Shown: positions 49,101 to 61,071 of the stretch, in pieces
Layout: each line of letters begins with the position of its first letter
Position numbering within the stretch: position 1 is the first letter of the stretch
DNA from: Psilocybe cubensis
Lineage: Eukaryota
Length of the DNA stretch: 64,000 bases
Direction: 5' to 3'
NCBI GenBank assembly: GCA_017499595.2
Contig: CM039003.1
Coordinates: 2,976,001 to 3,040,000, forward strand
Position numbers and translations under genes: made by a program
The notes under the pieces: model-generated
What the model was told of the DNA's origin: nothing
Database searches by the model: none
What the model saw: the letters and a program-made list of their open reading frames with translations, nothing else

Positions 49101-51060
49101 GATCTACGTGACAACAGATGCAAGCGATAGGCGAACAGGTGCAGTCTTGAGTTTTGGAAAAGATTGGGAATCAGCAAGACCAGTTGCATACGATTCATAT
49201 CAGCTGAAAGACGCAGAAAAGAACTATCCAACACACGAAAAAGAACTCCTGGCAATTGTGAAAGCATTGAAAAAGTGGCGCAGCAGTCTTTTAGGGGTCA
49301 AATTTGAAGTCTACACTGACCACCGAACATTGGAATATTTTCAGGCGCAGAAAGAGATGTCACGTCGGCAGATGAGATGGTCGATGTACATGGCAGATTT
49401 CGATTTCGAGATATGTTACATCCGAGGGGAGGAAAATGTAGCAGCAGATGCCCTATCAAGGATGCCGGACGAAGAGCCAAATTCAAGATTTGCAGCCTGT
49501 GCATTGGCCTATACACGGAACCCTAATCGCGCCCCAAGAGGATTTGTGGGATCAGTGTTATCTATTGAAATTGACCAGGAGTTTGTACAGGCAATAAAGG
49601 ATGGGTATGATGCCGATCCGTTTGTTAAGCAATTTCGAGATGGAATGCAAAAGCACAGTCTAACAGGAGCACGAGAAGAAGAAGGGCTGATTTATCTTGG
49701 ACAAAGACTAGTAATCCCAAACGATAGGAAGATCCGAGAACGACTGTATTATCTGGCTCACGATGTTTTGGGTCATTTTGGATTTGACAAATCGTATGAA
49801 GCATTACACGGGTCGTACTACTGGCCTAACATGCGAAGAGATCTCGAAAAGGCATATATTCCTTCGTGCACGGAATGTCAGCGAAACAAAGACCGAACAA
49901 CCAAACCTACAGGACCACTTCACCCACTTCCTGTCCCAGACAAACGACTCACGTCAGTTGCATTGGACTTTATTGGACCATTGCCCGAGGAGAAGGAACG
50001 CGACACAATACTCACGATGACTTGCCGTTTAGGTACTGATATACAACTGATTGCAACTCACTCCTCATGGACCACAGAACAAATTGCGCACAAAGTTGTT
50101 GACCACTGGATTTGCGAAAATGGATTGATGGAAGAATTAATCTGTGATCGCGACACAATCTTTACATCAGATCTATGGACTGCAATATGCAAGATTTTGA
50201 ATGTAAAGATCAAGATGTCGACCGCCTATCATCCAGAAACCGATGGAGCGAGCGAGAGAACAAATAAAACCGTCAATCAAGCAATACGATACTATGTGGA
50301 TAGAAACCAAAAAGGCTGGTTAGACAAGCTCCCTCGCATTCGGTTCGCAATGATGAACACAGTAAATGCATCGACAGGATACTCGGGTTTCCAACTGAAG
50401 ACAGGTCGATCTCCACGGATTATTCCTACAATGGCAAAGGCAAACAAGGATGCACCAATGGTGGAAACATCAGCAAGAGAGATCATTCGGAAAATTGAGA
50501 TCGATGTGAAGGAAGCGCAGGATGCCTTACATACAGCCAAGATCCGACAAGCAGCTCAGGCAAATGAGCAGCGAGGTAACGAGATCGTGTACCAACCAGG
50601 CGATATGGTAATGCTCTCTACAAAGAACCGGCGACGCAACTACAAACGGAAGGGGAAGAAAAGGGTGGCAAAGTTCATGCCACGGTTTGATGGACCGTAC
50701 GTTGTAGAGGCTGCCTTCCCCGAACGATCAGAATATACACTGAGGTTACCAAACAACCCAAAGACGTTCCCGGGGTTCCATGCCAGCCTTTTAAAACCAT
50801 TCGTGCCGAATGATCCAGAGAAATTTCCGGACAGAGAATTGGTACGACCACCAACAGTGATAACCGAGGACGGGGTGGAAGAGACAGTGATAGAGAAAAT
50901 TGTGGATGCGAGAAAACGTGGTAGAGGGATGCAATATCTGGTACGATGGGCTGGATTTGGGAAGGAGCATGATGAGTGGCTTCCAGGGCGTATGCTTGAA
51001 GAGAATGAAGCACTGGATAGATGGGAAGAGGAAGAGGCCGAGGACAAAGAAGACGAATAA
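46126..51060 (+). CDS. Gag-Pol polyprotein (Gag Zn knuckle, protease, RT, RNase H, integrase, chromodomain); first AUG at 46432
   Basis: CTKCRRFYVNHRARNC; LDTGS; YLDD; VTTDAS...EKELLAIV; HDVLGH...CTEC and D-D-E core; GPY motif; EKIVDARKRGRGMQYLVRWAGFGKEHDEWLP chromodomain. Confidence 0.97.
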   Translation: MPTLYTESSRTTRASTQRREELGLPSELVPGLTVFRKPRTEPQGPPPSPSASSVNLSFSDSATSNSEDEDHTDTHTPTAISNPIRDRRNRRNPRYPTVVRVKMPNDDDKPLATVVQNKMKDVPILTPGKIDPLVMQQWAVACRKYMKHAAKSPKEVVKFVADGMQEPRLVAWYQADSTRIDELPLEKYLEELQVLVLEKKWAHKVREQILTSYQGDRIFIDWKIEMENLNAILKTMAPEGYAFPNEALKIQLESHLNQELRESLGFEPVKATELAAWSLEVKDRDDRLREERARTQRQIDASYATRVAARRLDKKSLLLRLSDSPNPNPRPSNSEFDNGVRRPLLPKITAEERTLLDNHNGCTKCRRFYVNHRARNCPNGWPTANGYKTLTEEMALKAQREKDAKEQGTRKSLPVGQINASSSYTVHDEETDSDSYVPTMSMTVPHLFPVMEIEGPAVVDFPLRIRPMLDTGSPSTVIDETLVTQLGLPRYPLPPAEDNLSSIDNTPLECREYVKIRVASGNGSWISRTHKAKIHQNLSIPLLLGLSFLSPENIVIDTRKRTAIDKRSGYDLMNPPTRDTLAAKSTAICEGLKTDAGIDQDKQRRSAMAKEQHLRSQVEPERAKQLVAAINEQISNIQFQQKLLRMDKEMKEKYRDRFPDRLPDNVDIPDHIYHRIRLVDKDKIHAGRGYAAPKKYHDAWKKLLDEHLAAGRIRPSSSEYASPAFCIPKYKNGVPDLSVPPRWVNDYREINKNTISDKFPLPRVDDILADCGKGKFFAKLDMTNSFFQTRVHPDDIHLTAVRTPWGLYEWVVMPMGGKNAPATHQRRMTDALRELIAQVCHVYLDDIVIWADTLEQLSERVEKVLKALRKAGLYCNAKKSVLFATEIIFLGHVISANGIHADPAKTDRIKKWPRPTNATNVRGFLGLTRYLAVFLPALAEHTSILSPLTSKECDRDFPKWTADHDRAFNAIKELVTGAECLTVIDYDDPEGKIYVTTDASDRRTGAVLSFGKDWESARPVAYDSYQLKDAEKNYPTHEKELLAIVKALKKWRSSLLGVKFEVYTDHRTLEYFQAQKEMSRRQMRWSMYMADFDFEICYIRGEENVAADALSRMPDEEPNSRFAACALAYTRNPNRAPRGFVGSVLSIEIDQEFVQAIKDGYDADPFVKQFRDGMQKHSLTGAREEEGLIYLGQRLVIPNDRKIRERLYYLAHDVLGHFGFDKSYEALHGSYYWPNMRRDLEKAYIPSCTECQRNKDRTTKPTGPLHPLPVPDKRLTSVALDFIGPLPEEKERDTILTMTCRLGTDIQLIATHSSWTTEQIAHKVVDHWICENGLMEELICDRDTIFTSDLWTAICKILNVKIKMSTAYHPETDGASERTNKTVNQAIRYYVDRNQKGWLDKLPRIRFAMMNTVNASTGYSGFQLKTGRSPRIIPTMAKANKDAPMVETSAREIIRKIEIDVKEAQDALHTAKIRQAAQANEQRGNEIVYQPGDMVMLSTKNRRRNYKRKGKKRVAKFMPRFDGPYVVEAAFPERSEYTLRLPNNPKTFPGFHASLLKPFVPNDPEKFPDRELVRPPTVITEDGVEETVIEKIVDARKRGRGMQYLVRWAGFGKEHDEWLPGRMLEENEALDRWEEEEAEDKEDE

Positions 51061-51098
51061 CGCCATAGAGAACAGACCCTTTCACGATGGAATTCTTC

Positions 51099-51112
51099 AG
51101 AGGGGGGAGGGG
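51099..51112 (+). other. Polypurine tract
   Basis: AGAGGGGGGAGGGG immediately before the 3' LTR. Confidence 0.92.
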
Positions 51113-51411
51113 TGTAAGCCTGGAGACTTACCACACACGCAAACACGCACCGCAGGCGGACGCGCACAACAAAACGGCGCACAAACGCGAGCCCAGATTG
51201 GGTCTCGCTAATCAACTTACAAAGATATTGAGACCGAAAGACAAAAGGGAAACAAATGACCTTCGTTGCTTGACTAGAACGCTACGCAACGAAGGTAAAT
51301 ATATTATAGTAATTTACTACACATCATGTATTGACTAGAACGCTACGCAACGAAGAGAGCGTTGTCCCTTCTGTTTCAGCGAGTGAGGCTGCCGATCCCG
51401 ACAGCCTTCCA
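51113..51411 (+). repeat. 3' LTR (299 bp)
   Basis: Direct repeat of 45770-46068. Confidence 0.97.
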
Positions 51412-54033
51412 GAATCTCCTAGAACCCTCTTGCGCCCTGTCTGAAGCTGTCTTTACTGCTCCGGTCTTGACGAATATCCCTCTAGTACTTCCTTGGCTCT
51501 TTCCCTCGCCTTGCTCACCCACGACTGCCCACCGGAAAGGCTTAACTAAATCCGCGTGCCAGCGGTTAGACTAGGTGCTATAACTATTTCGGAAAGTCGT
51601 TCAAGGTCGTATATCACAAATTCTCATCTCCATCCGCACCTCACTCAAGTACGCCTTGCAGATCCCTCTCTCTCTTGACACGAGGCGGTATTTCTTCCGA
51701 ATGCACATTTTACTGACCACATGCCCTCAATGGCAGCATTTGGATCCATGGCGAGCATCTTGAATTCCTTAAACCGTCAGCGTCTCTCCGATTCTGAGCC
51801 ATACTGGAGGATCACCCATGTGTCTTTTAATAGGAACAGGTATCCTTCTCCAAACGAGATGAGTCGTAGGTCATGCAAGTGCTGTGCCCGTCATGTTCAG
51901 AATATTCCAGGCGCCGCGTCCATGTCCATGCAATCAAATCAGATATTCAAGTAAGCCCGTCATTCACCGCAATTGCATTTAGCCTAGTCCTATTCACTCC
52001 AAATTCATCCGACTCTATCACCGCTACTTGCAAAAAGCAAACCTACGCTCCACCCCTCATGTCGATTAAAACTCTCCTCCTTACGATCACCATTGAATAC
52101 TAATGTGTAGCGCCATACATGGTATCTCGTGTGCTATAAATCGCCCGTTCAGGTTCCGTGGTCAGAGGACCCTGGATTACGGGCTTGATTACTGATAAGA
52201 TGAAGCATCTGCGAAATCTGTCTCAAGAACTCGTCATCAGAGCCTCTCAATGCGCGCAGACGGCAGTTTACGCGAACGCCCAGATGCCGTTCTTTACTTG
52301 TTCTCCCCTTCAGCTTTACCATCCTTTCGCGTGAGATAACCCAACTCTTCGAATGGTAATTTCTGATGCACCAAGTTCAAGTTCCTTGATTCCTGATCGT
52401 ACTGGCATTCCGGTCAATCAAGAAAAGAAACGAGGCGCGAGAATACGGCTTCCCCAGCCCGATATTCCGAGTCTCTCTGATTCTTAATATACGCCCAACA
52501 TCTTACGCCACGCGTTTTCGTCTTTTGAGTTGACGACTTCTCGGTCCTTAAATTAAAAAAGGAGGACAACATACCACGACCGCACACGCCGCAGGTCACG
52601 CCGCCCGCCGAGCCGTGCGCGTATACTGTATCTGGGGTGGATTCTCCCACCACCTCCCAGGCCCCGACCTCGCTGCATCATCCAACACTGGAACACGGTG
52701 CGCCGTCTCCCCCGTGCGGTATATTTCTGGCGGTCTCGTCCAGGGCCGTAGAACTTCCATCCTTCATCGTCTCTTCTTTATTTCGCCATCGTTCCCCATT
52801 TCTTGTTTCTTTTATATGATTTTTCTCCATTTTCTCGTGTAGATCTTCAGAGCCAGATTATACATAGATTTTGTCTGATTTTTAGACATATTAGGGATGA
52901 GATTCTATTTAGGGGAGGTGGTTTGCGCTTTTGGAGTGAGCTGGGCCGTCCGGGTGTTTGGATGCGTCGTACTGGTTCGGCTCGTGAGTCGCTATTGAGG
53001 ACGAGAATTGACAGTTGGTCTGGAGTCCATGAGTTTGTTTTTGATAAGATATGGATTTAACGATAGTTATATTGCTGTGATAAGCATGCGGCTTTCCTAC
53101 CGTGTACAGTGCCAATATTCGAGGGTGCTGATCACAGTCTGGCAACTGAAGTACAACTTGGTATATCCCTAAAGTCCAGTCTAAATCGCGCTGACATGTG
53201 ATTTGAAATCTTTCAAGAAAACTAGATAAAGACTTGAGTGTAAAAATCGAAAAATGCTCACTCATACAGCGCCCAAAAGTATCCTGATTGAACAATTCAT
53301 AACGATGTTTAGTTCCATTTCCTGGTCTTTCTATCATTTGCCTGTTTCATTAAATTCTGTCTTGAAGACCGTTTAATGTTTAGCGACAAATTCTGTGCAG
53401 AAATGGTAATATGGGCACGTTGAGGGAATCTAATTCAAAGACGTACCATTTAAGCTGATACTAAGTATACGCGATGTTACCTTTAGGAATCTGCTCTTGA
53501 AATACCATTTTTACATCGTTGAACTTGTTTATTCAAGCAATACGTTTTTCAATCTGCTAAAATTGTGAGCGACACATAGATTGTATTCCGCTAACATGGG
53601 CGCTTATTGAGTTAGTAGTAATCAGAGCTCTCTGGAGGAGCATCTCTGTAGCTTCAAAAGTAGGTGCATATGATTCTACTGACTCGTCATTTTGTACTTC
53701 ATTTAGACATCCGTTTACTAGGTGGAGCCACAGCCTGAGTATTCTATCGGAGATATTCTAATGGTGTTAAAAACGTTAATAAACATCGAAATAGACATGT
53801 ACCTTTGGTGGGAAACGTTCTTCCTTTTTCACTTCCATCTCCCTGTTGTTGTACCACGATTACAGTGAACGAGCATCCGATGTCCGATGTCTTTACGCAT
53901 TCTCCGACGTTTATTTTCGGAAGATTGTTATTCCCTCCATTTCAAACGATATATATGGTTCTAAAAATTTGAATATTTGCTTTCAATTTATTCCCCTTAG
54001 CTCGTGTACAATCTGGTTTACCGCTGTTTCGCA

Positions 54034-54161
54034 GGTGAGATGGCCGAGCGGTCTAAGGCGCCAGACTAAGGTTAATGACCAGGGTGTTCGACACCCTCCC
54101 ATCATTTGAAATTGGTGGTATCTGGTCTTTCGGGGCATGGGTTCGAATCCCATTCTCATCA
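54034..54161 (+). tRNA. tRNA-Leu(AAG) with 48-nt intron (54072-54119)
   Basis: Acceptor GGTGAGA/TCTCATC+A; D arm TGGCCGAGCGGTCTAAGGC; anticodon stem CCAGA/TCTGG with CT-AAG-G; variable arm; GGTTCGAATCC; TTTT just downstream. Confidence 0.93.
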
Positions 54162-54587
54162 CATCTTTTGCATCGTTCAAGTCCAGGTTTTATCGTATTT
54201 TACGTCTGGAGTAGCTTCAGAACGACAAAGTTGGGTCCAGTCTATTTTTGTTCAATCTGACTTTCGGAAGTGTTGAATTGCGCTGAATTGGGGATAATAG
54301 CATCGATATACATTGCAATTTTTATGTTACCATATTCTACTTTGTTTTTGTCTCATTGACGATTGATTCAGAGTCTATCGAGAGAATTTGGGCGTCTGTT
54401 CTCAGTGCTTCAACGGAGCCTTGGTCTGTTCCCACGATTGTCAAATTTGGCCAGTGGCGCCCGCGCCCATGTGACCAGACGCGTGGGGCATGGACGTCCC
54501 CCTGATATTACCACGGTTGAAACTTCAACATTGTATTCTTAACATTCAAAACTACTGACATTTTCTAGGTTATACTCTGCTATCACC

Positions 54588-57500
54588 ATGAGCCGCAATG
54601 GAACGGTTCCCAGCACACCTTCCAGGGCAAATCGTACGACACCCTTCACGCCCAAACGATCCTTGTCTGTGCTGTCGACTTCATCGTCGACAAGTTCAAC
54701 TAGCACCACTACAGACCAGCAGTTGAATGCTCGACTTTCTCGCGCCAATCAACCAGTTCTGCTCAATTCTACTCACAAGAAGTACAAAGCCACATTATCA
54801 GTTGAATCGCGATCGAAGACTCTCAGGCCGAAGACACCATTGAATCCAGTCCCTGGGACGCCGACGAAGAAAGATGGTACACATAGTAGACCAAGGACAC
54901 CAGTTACACCCAGAAGCAGAAGTGGAGCTGAAAGTCCAATGCTATCTCCATCGAAGAGCGAGATGGATGTTAGTAATGTCGATCCTGAACAAGTTCTCGT
55001 CGATTCGCAGACCGTAGAGCCAGGTGATGTGAGTGGAGAGATTGACGAAGCATGGCTGAAAGCGGCGGAACTCAACCACGGAAAACAAGATAAAGTTATG
55101 GTATCCATCAGGTATAACAATGGAATCTTTACTTTATTTTGTCTAATCTTTTTATTTTATTTTAGAATACGTCCGACAGATTCAGACTCTGCTTGGATCC
55201 CCAATCAAAATACCAACTCACTAAAGCTTGATCCCAATTTTGCGAAACACGCCACCACCACCTCATCTTCGTTATCTTCATCCTTTAACTTTGATGCCGT
55301 ACTTACCGGGTCAGCGAACAAGCCCGTTTACACCACCGTTGCAAGATCTCATGTTCAAGCTGCGATGGAGGGGTACAATGCAGTTATATTTGCCTATGGA
55401 CAAACAGCATCTGGAAAAACTTTCACGCTCTCCGGAGACGAAACTGAGCCTGGTATCATCCCCCGCGCCATGCGCGATGTGTTCGGGTTCATCAAGAGGA
55501 CGCCAGAGAGGGAATACCTCCTTCGATGCAGTTATCTTGAGATATACAACGAAACAGTCGTCGATCTCCTGGCCCCACCAATGATGGCCAAGTCTAATCC
55601 AGTTCAAATTCAAGGTGGAGCCGGAGGAGATGTTATTCTTACTCCTCTAAGAGAGGAAGTCGTCACGAGTTTGAAAGGTGTCAAAGACGTTCTAAAACGA
55701 GGAGAGGGGAATAGGCGGACTGCGTGTACGGATTGGAACGAGCGATCTAGTCGGAGTCACAGTGTATTTCGTCTGGTTGTGGAGAGTCGTGAACGGGGGG
55801 CGTCAGGGTCGTCAGACGACGATGATGAGGATGAGCCTAGTACGCCCGCGTCCGCGATGAACGGCAGACAGACTCCAGGCTTTGCTGGGCGACAGACTCC
55901 AGGTCTTGGCGGCAGACAAACCCCAGGACCTAACGGCAGGCATACACCTGGATTAGGTGGACCCAGGCTTCAGGCAAGAGGCGGGCGGTCGGTTCAAACA
56001 TCTGTGCTGGTATGTCCACCAGCCATTATCGCCTTGCTAGGTGTGCTGATGCTATTTTCTGCAGAGTCTTATTGATTTGGCTGGTTCGGAGAAAGCTACT
56101 TCTGACAAGGAAAGAACTAGAGAAGGAAAGTACATTAATACGAGGTTTGTCATATTCATCGCAATTCAAAGATCTCCCGACTCACGTATTCGGTAGCTTA
56201 CTCACATTGGGCACTGTCATTGGCACTTTGGCTGACAATGCAGCGAAGAACAAGGCGGATCACGTACCATACCGAAATTCGAAGCTGACGCGTATGTTGC
56301 AACCGTCACTGTCAGGAAATGCACGAATTAGCGTTATTTGCACCATTAATCCTGATGCCGGGGCCATTTCCGAAAGCATGAGTACACTGCTTTTTGCAAA
56401 GAGAATCAAGAACGTACAGGTGCGACCGGATTACTGATCCAACAGTTTATTGTGACTGATGATTCCTGCAGCTGAATGCCAAGAAGAAAGAGGTAGTTGA
56501 CACCGACGCCCTGATCGAACGCTATCGTAAGGAGATTGAAGAGCTGAAGGCTCGTCTTGCTGAACGCGAGGCTGAGGTGCCAGCACGTTCTCGACGACTG
56601 TCCGCTCGTGAAGTAAGTTGGGACGACGGAGATACGATCAATGCTGACATTGCTTTTCTCAGCAAATTGATGAATCCCGTGCTATGCGCGACCTGAATGG
56701 AAGAATCCAGCAACTAACGAAGCTCATCCTGACGAGTGCGACTGTGGAAGAGACCAAGGTGGATGATGATGATGAGCGGGCCGCCAGTCCGGTCAAGATC
56801 GACTTTGACATGTCGCCGTATCAGCTTCAGCAGGAACTACTTGCCGCGCGTTTACAGATCGAATCCCAGGCCAACCAGATATTGTCACTGGAAGCATCGC
56901 TCCTTGCGCGACCCCCGTTACCCGCGGACGCATCGGAGAACGAGAAGGACAAGTTAATCGCGGAACAAACGAAGACAATACGTGAGCTTGAGATTGTGGT
57001 TCGCGGGTATGAGGAAAATCTAGGTGAACCTTTGAGGAAAGTTAAAGAGGATGTCGAGAAGGAATGGATGGAAAAACTCGAGGAAGAGCAGAGAAAGACT
57101 GAGAAAAGCGAAAAATGGGCTGAAGAGCTTGTTAAAGCCCTGGAGAAAGAAAAGAAGGTCGGTTGCTCAACTCTTCCAAGTTCCAGAAAGTCCCTTGGTT
57201 GCTCACATCAGAACCAATGTCTAGGCCAGGCAAACTTTAGAAGAAGAACGGCGCGCGCTGGCCACCTTTGTGACACGCTTTGATTCGCTGGGTCTCGGAC
57301 AAACCATTCCTCCTACAAAACTGAAAATGCCCACACATGGAGGCGCGATGGCGACTTACAACGAGCGGCGGCAATCACGATCGTTTTCTGCGCGCCTGCC
57401 GCGGATTTCGGATGTCACCGTTATGCGCGACATGACCGGTAACACCGAGTCGAGCCCAATGCGCCTTGACCGCGCTGGCGCGCGTTCGCAGCCGAGTTTG

Positions 57501-57710
57501 TTTGATCAGGATATGCTGGAGGAATTAGGCGGGGCGGCTGATGTGAGCTTTGATGAGTTGGAGGTGGAAAGACATCTCCTAGACACTTCGATATACATCG
57601 CACAGCCCCTATCTTCCAATGTCGCGGAGAAACTGGGCCACGGAGTTGATAAGACTGCCTTGGTGAGGCCACGAGACGTATTTGGGGATAAGGAAAACAT
57701 TCTCCCGTAG
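54588..57710 (+). CDS. Kinesin-7 family motor (Kip2/KipA/Tea2-like)
   Basis: GQTASGKT, SYLEIYNE, NERSSRSH, DLAGSE, HVPYRNSKLTRMLQPSLSGNARI; S/T/P-rich N-terminal extension; C-terminal coiled coils. Confidence 0.92.
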
Positions 57711-57984
57711 TTCCTCTGAGTCTTTGGCCGTTTTGGACTATGGACGTGCTGGTCATGCCAATTTTTCGTTCGCATGTATGTACTTTTCTGTTGCTCTTTC
57801 CTCTGTCGAATTGCTTTCCACGCACATGTTTTGTTTTTCAATACCCAACCAATCCAATTTTCATTTAGTCCGAATGGATTATTAGAGAAGTTGAGGGCAT
57901 AAAGCTTTAATTGAGAAGTATTTCATTCTATGTCCTGTAATCTTACATGACTCCTTGATTTGTTACGATGAAAATGGGAGTGAA

Positions 57985-58692
57985 TTATCCTTTGAAAACA
58001 TGGTGCTTCTTGTGCCATCCCTCGATGGAGTCGGGGCCATATGCATCGTATACTTCTTTGTCACCTTCGGGCAGGCGAACATATTTGGGCTTAGAATCAA
58101 GTTTGATGCAGGTCTAGGTGATATTATTCGTCAATTTGGCATGGGACCCACCACATTGATTGGTATTCACTCACCAACGTCTCTGGAGATTCAAGCTCAG
58201 GCGAGTCAATGGCAGACGCAAAAGGGTGAATTAAATCAGGCCTAAAAATCCATGTTGAACTTCGTTCACATCTTGGTCATAGAAGCTCACCAAGATTCGT
58301 CGTAGAGCCAGAGCATAGAAGAGCATTTTTTGCAAAAGTTCCTTTCGGACGATGCGATCTTTTCTTTGGGTGTATCTCGATTCATGACTGCTTTATAAAC
58401 GCTGCCACAGCGTTCAAAATGGAATTTATCTCGAAATTCAGGTACCCGAACCTTATGTTTTCCTTCCCTTCCACTTGCAGGCTCTTGCTGTGTCCACCCA
58501 AATTGATAGAGCCTCCGACACCACCCACTTTGCGGCAAATCGAGCAGAGGCAAAGCTGTTCCATAGAGTATGTGAAAACTTGTCCAAAGCTAGAAAATAG
58601 TGATGCGATACCTGGTAAGGAACGGGGGTGCTGGATTCGAGGCTAAACCTTACTGCGCCGCAATGGCAGCTTCCTTTTAATTGTACGGGCAT
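57985..58692 (-). CDS. GFA/Mss4-like (CENP-V family) zinc protein
   Basis: MPVQLKGSCHCGAVRF...LCLCSICRK...RNFCKKCSSMLW...IHPFASAID...DSIEGWHKKHHVFKG*. Confidence 0.9.
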
Positions 58693-58829
58693 CGTCGGTA
58701 GACGTTTGAGAGTAGAGTAACTATGATATGATAATGGTTGTCGCAGTAAGAAAAGCCTCATATAAACAAAAGTCTTACATTCCACAGATTCTCCCCCATT
58801 TACAAACTTCTGTAACTGAGTATCACTTG

Positions 58830-58837
58830 TGACGTCA
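58830..58837. promoter_or_regulatory. ATF/CREB-type palindrome upstream of the GFA gene
   Basis: TGACGTCA about 140 bp upstream of the ATG; function not shown. Confidence 0.3.
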
Positions 58838-58947
58838 GAGTATGGGGAGAGGAGGTAACACCAATTTCAAACAATTCCATAATCAACATGTAAAACACAA
58901 ATCGATATTTATTTCCCTAAAGATTCAAAGATCTATTCAAGGTGGAA

Positions 58948-60718
58948 TTAATACCATGCATTTCTTTTTGACAGTAGAAAAGACAAACTGGATTGAATTG
59001 AACATTCAAACCGACTTCGAGAGAGTGCACTAAAAATAGACTTCCAAGAAGAGAAACGCATGGTGCAAGTTGGCCCCAAAGTCTGGACCATTTGCTGATC
59101 ACGGGAATATTCGGGAACGTGCGGAGATCTAAAATCAAACTCCGCTTGACATGGATATATAAGCCTCACTCCGAAATTTTAGGATCCCCAGAAGATTTGC
59201 CACGCTGGTCGCTTTGATGTCTCCCACCATCGACACAGTGCCTTTGACTCTTCGGAGTCATTCTTCTTCGAGAGCAACAACCAGAGCTAGGAAATGTCTC
59301 GGTGCATATTATGTCGGGGCATGTCGATTTAAAGCTGGGATATTCTCATCGAGGTGTTTTTGTAGATTTAGCTTAGGTGAGTTTTGTCAATTCAATTTTT
59401 TTCTACGTCCCCATCCTTTCGATGATTTTCAAAATTATACTGATTTTAATGAGTCCGATTCGTCTTCGGGCGGGACTGCGGATACTTTCTTTGCTGAGCC
59501 CTTTCTTCACATCCTCTTGTATCTGGTTTTTTTGAATGACCGGATGTCTGACCAGATCTCTTTCCCTGTAGGTGCCATCTGTACCACGTCGATTTCTATG
59601 TTTTCTTGTTGCATCACGTTGTATCTGTCATTATGTTCCAATATATTGCTCATTCGTTCTTTTTGCTCCGATATCCTTGAACAATCATTGCTAGTATCCA
59701 GTCCGTTCCAACAAACATCTCTACCTGTGTACATCAAATGATTTGGCGATTCAATTCAATTTGGGTGGCTGCGAATTCGCTGGCCTGAAGCCATCGCGTT
59801 GTTGATGATCCGTCCTTGACAGTTGTTGCTAATCTCATCGGTTGTCATTGCACAGGCCTGCAGATATATTTTCTGTTTTATTTGTATTGCTTTTCTTCTC
59901 TCCGCACGCTTAAACAGATCGTTCTTCACATAATCTGCTTGTATGGATTTTGTGGGCATGTGCGTGTTACTCTCCGTACGCCTCGCAACATGTTAGTTTT
60001 AGGCAATTCTTTACTAAGTATATGTCTCGCCTCAGTCTCTATACCTTCGGAAGTTGTAGATGTGTCTTTTTCATGTTGTCTTCTAACGCCACTGACATCA
60101 GTCGGAAATCGATTTATGTGCCCGATGTCGCGCTTCTTTTGCTTAGGTTTTCATGTTGAACTTGGTTTTCTCTTGAAGTCGATTGAAATTTGGTAATGGG
60201 AACTTGCTTGTCGTTGTTGCTTCGTCTTCCTGTCACATTCACGTTTGTTCTGCTCAATTAGCTGTAAAAGGTATGCCCGAAGCCGTTCATTGTTGGCAGA
60301 TATACATAATGTAGCTTTCTCGGGAGTTTTTTCAGGTACTGTATTGATTGGCGGCAGTATAGGTTGAAGTCCCAGCCATGTCAAAAGACTCGACGCAGGC
60401 ACAACACCTACTGACTTCGTGCGACTATCGCTGTGCATACTCGCGATATATGATTCATGACAGGAACTTGTCAAGGTGAGAACAATTTGCTGCTGTGGAT
60501 AATTCAACAGCATTTTTCTCTCATCCTTCGCCAAAAGACGTGAAGCGTGACTCTTTTGTCGATGTCAATGCTCTCCGCTTCAACGCCGCATAAAAGGTTG
60601 ATGTTTTTGGCGAGGGGACTCTACTAAAATGCTGAAAGACGTCGCCAAGGAGCTTGCAGCGTGGATTCCATGTTTGTGGTGACAGTGGCAAAAGGCTAAG
60701 AGTACGATCATCCGACAT
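58948..60718 (-). pseudogene. Decayed gene, unknown family
   Basis: Chain of collinear ORF fragments (60521-60718, 60151-60534, 59756-59959, 59507-59737) broken by single stops and frameshifts; residual GTGAGG donor near 59169. Confidence 0.5.
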
Positions 60719-61071
60719 AGATCGATTCTCCTTCCCAATCGGCCTGTGGAATGGGCGCCAAAATAGAACAAAGTCTAATCCAACATCGGTTATCAGTCAA
60801 ACCTTTGTTTCAATTACCTCCAGACAGCTTTCAGTCGCACAAAAACTTTGCATTTACAATTCATTGGAGACCTAGGGAGATGATATTCATCGTTGACGAC
60901 AGCGGCGGACATTTGGTCAGGCGTATACAGAATCAAATTTGTAGCAATACAGAACTAATGTTACACGATAGCGACTTCAAGTCTAATCAACCAAAATACA
61001 ACCGTGGGTGTCAATAACACCTGCGTTTCAGAAATAGAGAAAAAGGAATATAGATCTACGGAGTGGTACAA

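Larger units (their letters stand above)
45770..51411 (+). mobile_element. Full-length Ty3/gypsy LTR retrotransposon (chromovirus)
   Basis: 299-bp LTRs TG...CA; 5-bp TSD GAATC (45765-45769, 51412-51416); PPT; single intact gag-pol ORF. Confidence 0.99.

Noticed and set aside
51412-54033. Pol III-targeted insertion of the gypsy element next to the tRNA; short ORFs in this interval
   Set aside because: 2.6 kb is too far for Ty3-type targeting; the ORFs lack motifs or a coherent exon structure
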